Source: a bacterium (lineage in GTDB: Bacteria; Chlamydiota; Chlamydiia; Chlamydiales; SM23-39). Taken from it: a stretch of DNA of 64,000 bases. The stretch covers positions 1,787-65,786 of the forward strand of contig JAJZPH010000005.1 of assembly GCA_021811265.1 (NCBI GenBank). The letters run 5' to 3'. The position numbers were made by a program, and so were the translations under genes. Below are positions 1 through 8,425 of this stretch, one piece after another (the stretch's first letter is position 1; the number at the start of each line of letters is the position of its first letter). The notes under the pieces are model-generated. The model searched no databases, was not told where the DNA came from, and worked only from the letters and a program-made list of their open reading frames with translations.

Positions 1-460
1 CCTCATCAATGCCAGTTGCGGATAATACCTTGTCTAGAAAACCCGAGGAAAGCATGCCACAGTTAGCAAGGCTTAAGGATTGAATGGCCCTGTGACATTG
101 GGCAAGCATTTCCACAAGCTCTTTGTCAGCAATCTTTGCTAGATCAAAATGCACATTTTCAATGGCGGGAAAATTTCTCACAGTTGCATCTAAAACGACA
201 TCGGGAAAGTTTTTTTCAACCGTGTCTGTAATCTTTTTGAGCAACCTTTTCCATGTGGAATATTCCGGATAAAAGGTTACATTAGGTGCTGCAGCTCTTT
301 CTCGTAACAAGTTGATGATGAAACTATTAGAAATTATGCTATGACAATATCTATTACATCGAGCAAGCGAAGAGAGAGTGTTTGGATCCAAGTAGCTGGA
401 GACGATTCGGATCCCGGCTTGAAAGAGCTCTGTGGAATGAGTGAGCGTTGTGACTGTCAT
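1..460 (-). CDS. F-box / cysteine-containing LRR protein, N-terminal part only (the gene runs off the left edge)
   Basis: Absent from the ORF track because no stop codon lies in the window. A reverse-strand ATG at 460-458 opens a frame that stays open to position 1. It reads MTVTTLTHSTELFQAGIRIVSSYLDPNTLSSLARCNRYCHSIISNSFIINLL..., which is F-box-like. Later it reads ...AIQSLSLANCGMLSSGFLDKVLS, an FBXL-type LRR. Confidence 0.6.
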   Translation of the reverse strand, partial: MTVTTLTHSTELFQAGIRIVSSYLDPNTLSSLARCNRYCHSIISNSFIINLLRERAAAPNVTFYPEYSTWKRLLKKITDTVEKNFPDVVLDATVRNFPAIENVHFDLAKIADKELVEMLAQCHRAIQSLSLANCGMLSSGFLDKVLSATGIDE

Positions 461-569
461 TCTGGTTTCTTTTTTTGTAAAAAAAAGTTTACCAGTGGAT
501 GAATTAAGAAAAAACTAAAATAAATTTTTTAATTAACAAAAGAGGTGTTTGGTAAATAAATTTTTTTAA

Positions 570-1061
570 TCAACCATTTTCTCTGTTTTTTTTCCATGCT
601 TGTTGGATCATCTCGATTCCTTTTGTGGGAAGGGCAAACCAGAGGAGGGCGTAGAGGGCATTGAAGAGAGGGGTGGCTAAAAAAATGGAGAAAAAATGCG
701 CTTCATTTCTTTTAAAGAGTAAAAAGAGGAAAAACTCAATGAGGGAAAAGAGAAGGGAAAAAAGAGCGGAGGCGATGGAGATAGAGAGAGATTTTTCATT
801 AAAAAGGTTTTTTATGGGATAAAATGCTAGGGTGGCAAGAAGGTAATTGATAGAGGATGTGGCAAAAAAAGAGGTGGAAAAAAGATCTAAAAGAAGACCC
901 GAGAATAAAGAGAGCCAGAGACAGACCGTAAGAGAAAACCGACCCAATGCCAAGATCAAAAAGGGAGCGTAAAAAACAAGGGGCGTGGGTGGAAACATGG
1001 CAGATACGAAGATCGAGGCGAAAAAAGCTAAAAAAAAGAAAAGATAAAGTTTTTGTTTCAC
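570..1061 (-). CDS. Polytopic membrane protein, MreD-like pattern
   Basis: 163-aa ORF made almost entirely of hydrophobic helices. The segment GLLLDLFSTSFFATSSINYLLATLAF resembles the conserved MreD core (G-x-x-x-D-L...). Its start lies 3 nt after the galE stop, so the two are probably co-transcribed. The function call is tentative. Confidence 0.5.
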   Translation of the reverse strand: MKQKLYLFFFLAFFASIFVSAMFPPTPLVFYAPFLILALGRFSLTVCLWLSLFSGLLLDLFSTSFFATSSINYLLATLAFYPIKNLFNEKSLSISIASALFSLLFSLIEFFLFLLFKRNEAHFFSIFLATPLFNALYALLWFALPTKGIEMIQQAWKKNRENG

Positions 1062-1063
1062 AA

Positions 1064-2041
1064 TCAGCTGTGGGTTTTTTTATGCCAAGAATAAGCGGAA
1101 CGGATGAGCGTTTCTGGATCGGAGCATTGCGGCTTCCAGCGTAAGAGGGAATGAGATTTTTTAGGATCTGCGATGAGGATGGGAGGATCTCCTTCCCTTC
1201 TTGGAGCAATGGTAGCTTTCACTTTGTTGTTGCAAATTTTTTCGGCAAGCGCAAGCATTTCAAGGACGGATAGGCCTTTTCCAGTCCCCAGATTGAAGTT
1301 AGTGCTAGTTTTCGTATTGAGGAGGAAATCAAGGGCCTTGACATGCGCATCGGCAAGATCTGTAACATGAATATAGTCGCGAATGGCTGTTCCATCGCTT
1401 GTGCTGAAATCGTTTCCGAAGACGAAAAATTCTCGGTTTTTTAAGAGAGAAAGAAGAAGCAAGGGAATCAAGTGGGTTTCTTCTTCGTGATTTTCCCCAA
1501 TCTCTCCGTCAAGATCGGCACCGGCTGCATTGAAATAGCGAAGGCAGATGGAGCGAATGTTATATGCTTTGTCGCAATCGAAAAGAATCTGTTCCATCAT
1601 GAGTTTGGATCTGCCGTAGGGATTAATGGGCATTTGCGGATGCTCTTCATTCATCGGAATGAATAGGGGATCGCCATAAGTGGCGCAACTGCTGGAAAAA
1701 ATGATGTAGCAAATCCCCTCTTGCTTCATGGCTTCTAAAAGAGAGAGTGTTCCCACTACATTATTGTCATAGTACTTAAAAGGATTTTTTACCGATTCTC
1801 CAACCAACGCATTGGCAGCAAAATGCAAGACGGCTACTGGTTTTTCGTTTCGCATTACATCGCACAGAAGGCGCCTGTCTTTTAAATCTCCAAAGACAAG
1901 AGGCCCCCACCGAACCGCCTCTTTGTGGCCGGTGGATAGATTATCAAAAGCGATAGGAACAAAACCTGCTTTTGCGAGTGCTTTGCAGGCATGGCTTCCA
2001 ATATAACCAGCGCCTCCTGTTACCAGCACTTTTTTTCCCAT
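1064..2041 (-). CDS. galE: UDP-glucose 4-epimerase
   Basis: N-terminal Rossmann motif VLVTGGAGYIGSH. SDR catalytic region PINPYGRSK (Y-x-x-x-K). Typical GalE length (325 aa). Its start overlaps the stop of the upstream sugar transferase by 1 nt. Confidence 0.93.
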   Translation of the reverse strand: MGKKVLVTGGAGYIGSHACKALAKAGFVPIAFDNLSTGHKEAVRWGPLVFGDLKDRRLLCDVMRNEKPVAVLHFAANALVGESVKNPFKYYDNNVVGTLSLLEAMKQEGICYIIFSSSCATYGDPLFIPMNEEHPQMPINPYGRSKLMMEQILFDCDKAYNIRSICLRYFNAAGADLDGEIGENHEEETHLIPLLLLSLLKNREFFVFGNDFSTSDGTAIRDYIHVTDLADAHVKALDFLLNTKTSTNFNLGTGKGLSVLEMLALAEKICNNKVKATIAPRREGDPPILIADPKKSHSLLRWKPQCSDPETLIRSAYSWHKKTHS

Positions 2042-2673
2042 CAGTAAGCTCCTTTGGAGGAAAAAATAACGCGAATGGTTTTTGCAATCAGATGCAAATC
2101 GAGCATAAAAGAGAGGTTGTCTACATAGTGTTCGTCAAGACAGACCCTTTCTGCGCGGGAGAGGAAATTGCGTCCAGATACTTGCCAAAGCCCTGTAATC
2201 CCGGGCCTGACCGAAAGGATTTTTTGCGCCTTTTCTTTAAAATACTGGTTCACTTCGTCTTCTACTTGTGGCCTTGGCCCTACGATGCTCATTTCTCCCT
2301 TCAGAACATTCCAAAATTGGGGAAGCTCGTCGAGTGACTTTTGGCGTAAAAATTTTCCAATTCTTGTAGTACGTGGATCTTCTTTTAATTTCCAGTTCTT
2401 TTCCCACTCGTTTCGCACAAGAGGGTCTTGCAGAAGATCTTGGAGGATGGCGTCTGCATTCACGCACATCGTGCGAAATTTCCAGATAAAAAAGGGTTTT
2501 TTATTTCTGCCCACTCTTTTTTGTGCATAAAAAATTGGGCCCGAAGAAGTGAGCTTGATAGCGGTGGAAACGAGGAGAAAAAGGGGAGAAGTGAGCATCA
2601 AAAAACCAAGACTAAAGCAGATGTCAAACGCTCGTTTCAAACAATTTGTTACCTGAGAGCTTTTTCGTTTCAT
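2041..2673 (-). CDS. Initiating phosphoglycosyl (bacterial sugar) transferase, WbaP/PglC family
   Basis: N-terminal TM helix followed by the family motifs KFRTM, DELPQFWNVLKGEMSIVGPRP and GITGLWQVSGR. Confidence 0.9.
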   Translation of the reverse strand: MKRKSSQVTNCLKRAFDICFSLGFLMLTSPLFLLVSTAIKLTSSGPIFYAQKRVGRNKKPFFIWKFRTMCVNADAILQDLLQDPLVRNEWEKNWKLKEDPRTTRIGKFLRQKSLDELPQFWNVLKGEMSIVGPRPQVEDEVNQYFKEKAQKILSVRPGITGLWQVSGRNFLSRAERVCLDEHYVDNLSFMLDLHLIAKTIRVIFSSKGAY

Positions 2674-2916
2674 GTTTTTTGTTGCAACTACTTTCTTGGC
2701 CCATCTTTTTTCTGATATTAACTTTTTTTGGTGATATTCTCAACTAACTTAGAGAGATGGACAAAAATTCCCGTCCCTTCATTTGAATGAAATTTTTGGT
2801 TAATGAAGAGTTTTTCAACTGGTTCTTGAGTATAAATTTTTCGAATCCTATGATGTTTTTTTTTGGCCTGGTTATTTTGGGGCGAGCGAAAGTAACTTAT
2901 TTTAATCAAGGAGCTT

Positions 2917-4839
2917 ATGACAAATATAACGAAAAATGGTTTAGAAAAGGAAAAGAAGAACAAATCGAAAGAGAAGAGTAGTCTGCGGACCTTGGGTCCG
3001 ATTCCGGATTTAGAAAAACATCTTCCTGCAGATTGGTGGAGGACGTTGTTTAATTCCATTTATTTAAAGACAGATGCCGATGTGGTCGAAAATGCGGACA
3101 ATACAAGCCGTGAGATCGATCTCATCGCAAAAGCTACGAAAATCGAACCGCAAGATCACATACTGGATCTCTGCTGTGGGCAGGGCCGACATTGTTTGGA
3201 GCTTGCCAAAAGAGGATATTTGCATATTTCTGGGATCGATCGTTCGCGCTATCTGGTCCGCTTGGCAAGAAAACGCGCTTTTTTATCTGGATATCAGATC
3301 AATTTTTCGGAAGGGGATGCAAGGAAAATTAAACTGGCAGATAACTCGCAAGATGTTGTGCTTTTAATGGGCAACTCTTTTGGGTATTTTGAAAAAGACG
3401 AGGATGATCGCGCGATTTTGACGCAAATCATTCGCGTGTTGCGCTCCCAAGGAACACTGGTTTTGGATATCGTTAATGGAAAGTGGATGGCGGAGCATTT
3501 TGAACCAAGGTCTTGGGAATGGATTGATCAAAACTATCTCGTTTGTCGTGAGAGAAGTCTTTCTTCTTGTCAAAGTCGCATCATCACGCGCGAAGTGGTG
3601 ATTCATGCAGAAAAAGGGATCATCGCCGATCAATTTTATGCCGAAAGACTCTACACTCAAGAGGGAATCATCCACATTTTAAAAAAACTTGGCTTTGAAA
3701 ATGTCGAGCACCATTGCAACCTTTTTTCCTTTTCTTCTAGAAACCAGGATTTGGGAATGATGGCCAACCGTCTTTTCATCACAGCCACAGCTCCCGAAAA
3801 AGTAGTGCTTCGACCCGCAAAAAATGTGTTGAAAGCAGCCGTGATCATGGGAGATCCAAAAATTCCCGACTCCGTAAAGCGTGAAGGCCATTTTAATCCG
3901 GAAGATTTGGAAACGATCCAAAAATTGAAAACAGGCCTTGCCGAGTTAAAAGATTTTCAATTTCACTTTTTAGATCACCATGCTTCTCTGATTAAGCAGT
4001 TGATTTCCCATCCTCCCGCTTTTGTTTTCAATTTGTGTGACGAGGGGTTTAAGAATGACGCGTTCAAAGAGTTGCATGTTCCCGCTCTTTTAGAAATGAT
4101 AGGAATTCCCTATACCGGAGCTGGCCCTGCTTGCCTTGCCATTTGTTACAATAAATCCCTTGTGCGTTCTTTGGCAGCTTCTTTGGACATACCCGTTCCT
4201 TTGGAAACCTATGTAGATCCTTTAGATCAGGCGGCTACTCTTCCCTCCATTTTTCCGGCCCTCATTAAGCCCAATTATGGCGATAGCTCTGTGGGTATTA
4301 CACAGGAGGCAGTGGTTCATACAGCTGAGGATTTGATCTATTATTCCGATAAGATGAAACAGCTCTTCCCTTCGCGTCCTTTCTTGGTCCAGGAATATCT
4401 GGATGGCAGAGAGTTTAGCGTGGGTGTTGTTGGCAATCCGGGCAACTTTGAAATTCTACCTATACTCGAGGTAGATTATTCTCTTTTGCCCAAGAATTTG
4501 CCCCAAATTCTCTCTTATGAATCCAAGTGGCTGCCCGATTCTCCCTATTGGACCAATATTCGCTATAAATCTGCAGATCTTAACGATGAGAGTGCTCGCC
4601 AGCTCATCGACTATTCGACGCAGCTTTTTGAGCGATTGGAATGTCGCGATTATGCACGTTTTGATTTTCGCGAAGACCACCTGGGGCAGGCCAAACTTTT
4701 GGAGGTCAATCCCAATCCAGGCTGGTGCTGGGATGGCAAGTTTAATATCATGGCAGGTTTCCGTGGCATTAAATACCACGAGCTATTGGAAATGATTCTC
4801 ACAGCTGCAAAAGAGAGGTTGGGAATTAAAAATTCTTAA
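2917..4839 (+). CDS. Fusion protein: class I SAM-dependent methyltransferase plus D-Ala-D-Ala-ligase-like ATP-grasp domain
   Basis: The N-terminal half carries methyltransferase motif I ILDLCCGQGRH and a post-I acidic residue. The C-terminal half (from about aa 310) has Ddl/ATP-grasp hallmarks: LLEMIGIPYTGAG, NKSL, IKPNYGDSSVGI, LVQEYLDGREFSVGV, ARFDFR and LLEVNPNPG. Confidence 0.8.
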   Translation: MTNITKNGLEKEKKNKSKEKSSLRTLGPIPDLEKHLPADWWRTLFNSIYLKTDADVVENADNTSREIDLIAKATKIEPQDHILDLCCGQGRHCLELAKRGYLHISGIDRSRYLVRLARKRAFLSGYQINFSEGDARKIKLADNSQDVVLLMGNSFGYFEKDEDDRAILTQIIRVLRSQGTLVLDIVNGKWMAEHFEPRSWEWIDQNYLVCRERSLSSCQSRIITREVVIHAEKGIIADQFYAERLYTQEGIIHILKKLGFENVEHHCNLFSFSSRNQDLGMMANRLFITATAPEKVVLRPAKNVLKAAVIMGDPKIPDSVKREGHFNPEDLETIQKLKTGLAELKDFQFHFLDHHASLIKQLISHPPAFVFNLCDEGFKNDAFKELHVPALLEMIGIPYTGAGPACLAICYNKSLVRSLAASLDIPVPLETYVDPLDQAATLPSIFPALIKPNYGDSSVGITQEAVVHTAEDLIYYSDKMKQLFPSRPFLVQEYLDGREFSVGVVGNPGNFEILPILEVDYSLLPKNLPQILSYESKWLPDSPYWTNIRYKSADLNDESARQLIDYSTQLFERLECRDYARFDFREDHLGQAKLLEVNPNPGWCWDGKFNIMAGFRGIKYHELLEMILTAAKERLGIKNS

Positions 4840-5696
4840 AATGATTCAGCTCTTTGCTGCATCCATTCCACAAAACTCAAAAGAAGATCTGCTTTTTGCA
4901 TGCCGCAAAGCAGATCTTCTGACTCTTTTAGAAATTGGAAAGCAAGCTGCGAGGCTCTCTTTTTTCCAAGGGAAGAAACCACAGTTGCTTTTTCTTTTAT
5001 CTGATCAGATCCTCCTTTCTCCAGGTGGTCGGCAAGATCGTCTAAAATTTGGTAGGCAAGACCGGCTTTTTCCCCAAAGCAGAGGAGTATTTTTCTTTGA
5101 GGTAGAGAAAGATTAGAGATAATCGCTCCAAGCTCCACCGCTGTTATAAAAAGCGAGGCTGTTTTCATCAGATGCATTTTTTTTATGCTTGGCCAGCCGA
5201 TTTTCTTTTTTTGAAATGTCAGATCGGCGATCTGTCCTCCAATCATCCCAGAGCTTCCGCTTTTTACTGAGAGAGACAAAAGCAGGTCGGCTTTTTGCCG
5301 GGCAGAGAGAAGAGTGCTTTTCGCAACACTCTCAAATGCAAAGGTAAGTAAAAAATCTCCCGTTAAAAGAGCCAGCCATTCGGGAAATGCTCTATGAAGA
5401 GATTTTCTTCCTCTGCGCTCATCATCGTCATCCATGCAGGGAAGATCGTCGTGGATGAGAGAATAGGTGTGTATCATCTCCAGGCTGGCCGCAGGAATCC
5501 ATGCTTTTTTTAAAGAGGTTGGAGAAAAAGAGGCCACGGTTGCTAAAGTCAATAGAGGGCGTAGCCTTTTTCCGTTAGCCAGAGCGTAGAGAGAGGCTTT
5601 TTGCAAACTTTTATTTTCAAGCGTCTCTAGGCATTTTTGGAGCGTTTGTTCGAGGGTGGGTAGCATCTTTTTTGCAAAAGAATCAAAGGAAGTCAT
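4836..5696 (-). CDS. ispA: Short-chain polyprenyl (geranyl/farnesyl/GGPP) diphosphate synthase
   Basis: First aspartate-rich motif LIHDDLPCMDDDDERRG and second motif QILDDLAD. The track ORF begins at a TTG (5771). I prefer the ATG at 5696 (MTSFDSF...), which is preceded by a GAAGAG RBS-like site. The ATG at 5711 is also possible. Confidence 0.88.
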   Translation of the reverse strand: MTSFDSFAKKMLPTLEQTLQKCLETLENKSLQKASLYALANGKRLRPLLTLATVASFSPTSLKKAWIPAASLEMIHTYSLIHDDLPCMDDDDERRGRKSLHRAFPEWLALLTGDFLLTFAFESVAKSTLLSARQKADLLLSLSVKSGSSGMIGGQIADLTFQKKKIGWPSIKKMHLMKTASLFITAVELGAIISNLSLPQRKILLCFGEKAGLAYQILDDLADHLEKGGSDQIKEKATVVSSLGKKRASQLAFQFLKESEDLLCGMQKADLLLSFVEWMQQRAESF

Positions 5697-5873
5697 ATAG
5701 CTCTTCAACATAAGGAGTGGATTGAGAAATGGATAATGACATTGTGTGTTTTTTTTATCAAAGTTTGGCAAAAATTTTGATAAAAGTGTACCAAATTCGT
5801 TTGACTTAATAAAAATTTTAAATAGACAACTCTCCCTTTTCAGAAGGACTTAAGAGAAAGCTTTCAAAAAATC

Positions 5874-7223
5874 CTAGGGCGAAGAGCGAGTCAGGTCGGG
5901 CACTCCGATTCCAATATAGTCAAATCCTTTTTGATGCATTTCCATCGGCTTGTATTGGTTTCTTCCGTCAAAAAAAGCAGATCCTTTCATTTCTTTGAGT
6001 ACGGGTCCAAAATCGATATGGCGGAACTGCTTCCATTCAGTGACAAGAGCAATCCCGTGGGCGCCTTTTGCAGCATCCAGTTCATCTTTGCACCAGACGA
6101 TGTTCTTCTGATCTTTGAGAATCGCTTTTGCTTTCTCCATAGATATGGGATCGAAAAGACGCAAACAAGCGCCCTCTTTTTGCAGGTGCTCGATCAAGGT
6201 GAGAGATGGTGCTTCTCTCATATCATCGGTATCGGGTTTAAAAGCAAGACCCCAGAGGGCAATTACCTTGCCTTTGATCCCTCCTTGATTAGCAAAATAC
6301 TCTTTCATTTTTTCAAAAAGGCGTTTTTTCTGCCGATTATTGATCATTTCTACTGCATGCAATAGCAGTGGTTCACAACCCACTTTTTCTCCGATGGAGG
6401 CCAAAGCTCTTACATCTTTTGGAAAACAGGAGCCGCCATATCCAATTCCTGCATAGAGAAAGCTATAGCCAATGCGGCAATCGGAACCAATGCCTTTACG
6501 CACTTCGTTCACGTTTGCACCCACGCGTTTGCAAATTTCTGCAATTTCATTCATGAAAGAAATCCGTGTGGCAAGCATTGCATTAGCCGCATATTTGGTC
6601 ATTTCAGCAGAAGCAATGTCCATCTCCAAGATCTTGTCATGATTGAGAATGAAAGGAGCGTAAACCTCTCGCATCAGTTCTACTGCTTTTACTGAGTTTG
6701 CGCCAATCACGATACGGTCGGGTTTCATGCAATCGGAAATGGCGCTTCCTTCTTTGAGAAATTCGGGATTGGAAACCACATCGAAAGGAACGGCAAGGCC
6801 TCTTTCTTCAAAGACCTCTTCTATGATATTTTTGACACGTAGGGCAGTTCCAACGGGGACGGTCGACTTATTGACAATCACACGGTACCCATTCATGTGC
6901 TTAGCGATCTCTCGGGCTGCTTTTTCCACAAAAGAGATATTGCAGGAGCCATCCTCCAGTGAAGGAGAAGGAAGAGCGAGAAAACAGATGAGAGATCTTT
7001 CGACAGCGCTTGCATAATCAGTGGTAAAAAAAAGACGCTTTCCTTTGATGTTGTGCTGGATCAGCTCTTCGAGTCCCGGTTCATAAATAGGCGATTTTCC
7101 TTTTTTGAGAGCAGAGATTTTGGTCTCATCAATATCAAGACAAGTAACAATATGGCCCATCTCGGCAAGACATGCGCCTGTAACAAGTCCTACATATCCG
7201 CTTCCAACGATCAAAATTCTCAT
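5874..7223 (-). CDS. ugd: UDP-glucose 6-dehydrogenase
   Basis: MRILIVGSGYVGLVTGACLAEMGH (NAD-binding motif) and catalytic GGSCFPKD. The ATG at 7223 is preceded by a GAGGAG RBS. The longer track ORF (to 7256) is probably an over-extension. Confidence 0.93.
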   Translation of the reverse strand: MRILIVGSGYVGLVTGACLAEMGHIVTCLDIDETKISALKKGKSPIYEPGLEELIQHNIKGKRLFFTTDYASAVERSLICFLALPSPSLEDGSCNISFVEKAAREIAKHMNGYRVIVNKSTVPVGTALRVKNIIEEVFEERGLAVPFDVVSNPEFLKEGSAISDCMKPDRIVIGANSVKAVELMREVYAPFILNHDKILEMDIASAEMTKYAANAMLATRISFMNEIAEICKRVGANVNEVRKGIGSDCRIGYSFLYAGIGYGGSCFPKDVRALASIGEKVGCEPLLLHAVEMINNRQKKRLFEKMKEYFANQGGIKGKVIALWGLAFKPDTDDMREAPSLTLIEHLQKEGACLRLFDPISMEKAKAILKDQKNIVWCKDELDAAKGAHGIALVTEWKQFRHIDFGPVLKEMKGSAFFDGRNQYKPMEMHQKGFDYIGIGVPDLTRSSP

Positions 7224-7301
7224 AAAAAACTCCTCGATGCAAACAAGCAGCTTCATTTAATATTCCTAACAGAAAGGAAGATTCAAATCTAGAGCATTGC
7301 A

Positions 7302-7874
7302 ATGAGAGAAGGAAGAAAAGCAGATTCTACTCTTGTCGACGTGCAGAAGATTCATCCTGGGATTCTAGTCGATCTCAAATATGCAACAGCTGATAATTTT
7401 ACTCGAAAAAAAATCTATCATTTTCATAGATGTTTTTTGCAAAACAAGGTGGCGGTTGCTTTGGGCAAAGTGCAAACAAAATTGGAATCCATGAACCTTG
7501 GGCTCAAAGTATGGGATGGCTTTCGCCCTCCATCTGCTCAAAGGAAGCTATGGGAGGCATGCCCCAATGAACGTTTTGTTGCCCATCCAAGTAAGGGAAG
7601 CTGCCATTCGCGAGGAGCGTCGGTAGATGTGACGCTTGTGACGAAAGATAAAAAAGAGCTGCTTATGCCCTCAGCATTTGATGATTTTAGCGAAAAAGCC
7701 TGTCTGCACTACAAAGATGCTCCAGAGATTGCTCTGAAACATAGAGACCTTTTACATCGGGTGATGCACGAAGAGGGTTTTCTCAGTTATGAATGGGAAT
7801 GGTGGCACTTCAATTTTCAAGGGTGGGAGCAGTTTCCTCCCATCACAACTTTTGAATTTAATATCATTAGATGA
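7302..7874 (+). CDS. D-alanyl-D-alanine dipeptidase, VanX/DdpX family (peptidase M15D)
   Basis: Zinc and catalytic motifs of the family: SCHSRGASVDVTL (S-x-H-x-x-G-x-x-x-D) and EWEWWHF. Size is typical for the family (190 aa). Confidence 0.85.
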   Translation: MREGRKADSTLVDVQKIHPGILVDLKYATADNFTRKKIYHFHRCFLQNKVAVALGKVQTKLESMNLGLKVWDGFRPPSAQRKLWEACPNERFVAHPSKGSCHSRGASVDVTLVTKDKKELLMPSAFDDFSEKACLHYKDAPEIALKHRDLLHRVMHEEGFLSYEWEWWHFNFQGWEQFPPITTFEFNIIR

Positions 7875-8264
7875 TACCACAATGGTATTATCATAAAACG
7901 AGGAGAGGTTACAACAATCGAAGTCATCCAACATGCAGAAATCCTTGGAATGAGCCCGATTGTGATTGGAGAATTACTCAGTGGTTTTGCATGCGGAAAT
8001 AAAATGAAAAAAAATCGAGACGAATTGCAGCAATTTCTTCAATCATCAAGAATTAGATTGCTTCCGATCACTTCAGATACCGCTAATTTTTATAGTCAAA
8101 TTTACTCTTCTTTAAGGACTAGAGGAAAATCCATCCCCTCAAATGGTATGTGAATTGCTGCACAGGCATTAGAACACGGATGCGTTCTCTGTTCCCAGGA
8201 CAAGCATTTTAAAGAGATCAATAGTCTCATCTCTGGAACTACTTTGCTCGAGTTGATTATTTAG
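7875..8264 (+). pseudogene. vapC: Decayed PIN-domain toxin (VapC-like) with an in-frame TGA at the conserved Trp position and no intact N-terminus
   Basis: The frame reads ...SPIVIGELLSGF...ELQQFLQSSRIRLLPITSDTANFYSQIYSSLRTRGKSIPSNGM*IAAQALEHGCVLCSQDKHFKEI. This matches the VapC pattern (...GEL..G...L..FL...ILP.d..A..Y..I...L...G..I..ND.WIAA.A......L.T.D.HF..I). The stop at 8151-8153 sits where TGG (W) is expected. No ATG or LDTN-type N-terminus is present, and there is no vapB-like gene upstream because the VanX stop abuts the remnant. Confidence 0.55.
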
Positions 8265-8372
8265 AATTTTCAATTTTTCCCAAGGAAAAATTCCGAATTC
8301 ATCTCTCCACCTTGGTATGAGGATGCTGTCGAGATTTATAACGGAACAAGTCCTAAAATGTTTTATTTTTTC

Positions 8373-8401
8373 TTGATTCGCAGTGTGGACGAGCATACCA
8401 T
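8373..8401 (+). promoter_or_regulatory. Candidate sigma70-type promoter of giant gene 1 (-35 TTGATT, 17-bp spacer, -10 TACCAT)
   Basis: The hexamers and spacing are read directly from the sequence. The whole element aligns with the segment upstream of the paralogue (21434-21462: TTGACT, 17 bp, AACCAT). Confidence 0.35.
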
Positions 8402-8425
8402 CCCTAGTAAAAATTTCTTGAAAGG

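Noticed and set aside
8169-8396. A 75-aa minus-strand ORF between the VapC remnant and giant gene 1.
   Set aside because: It overlaps the 3' part of the PIN-domain remnant in antisense and runs into the promoter-like element of giant gene 1. It has no recognisable motif or RBS.
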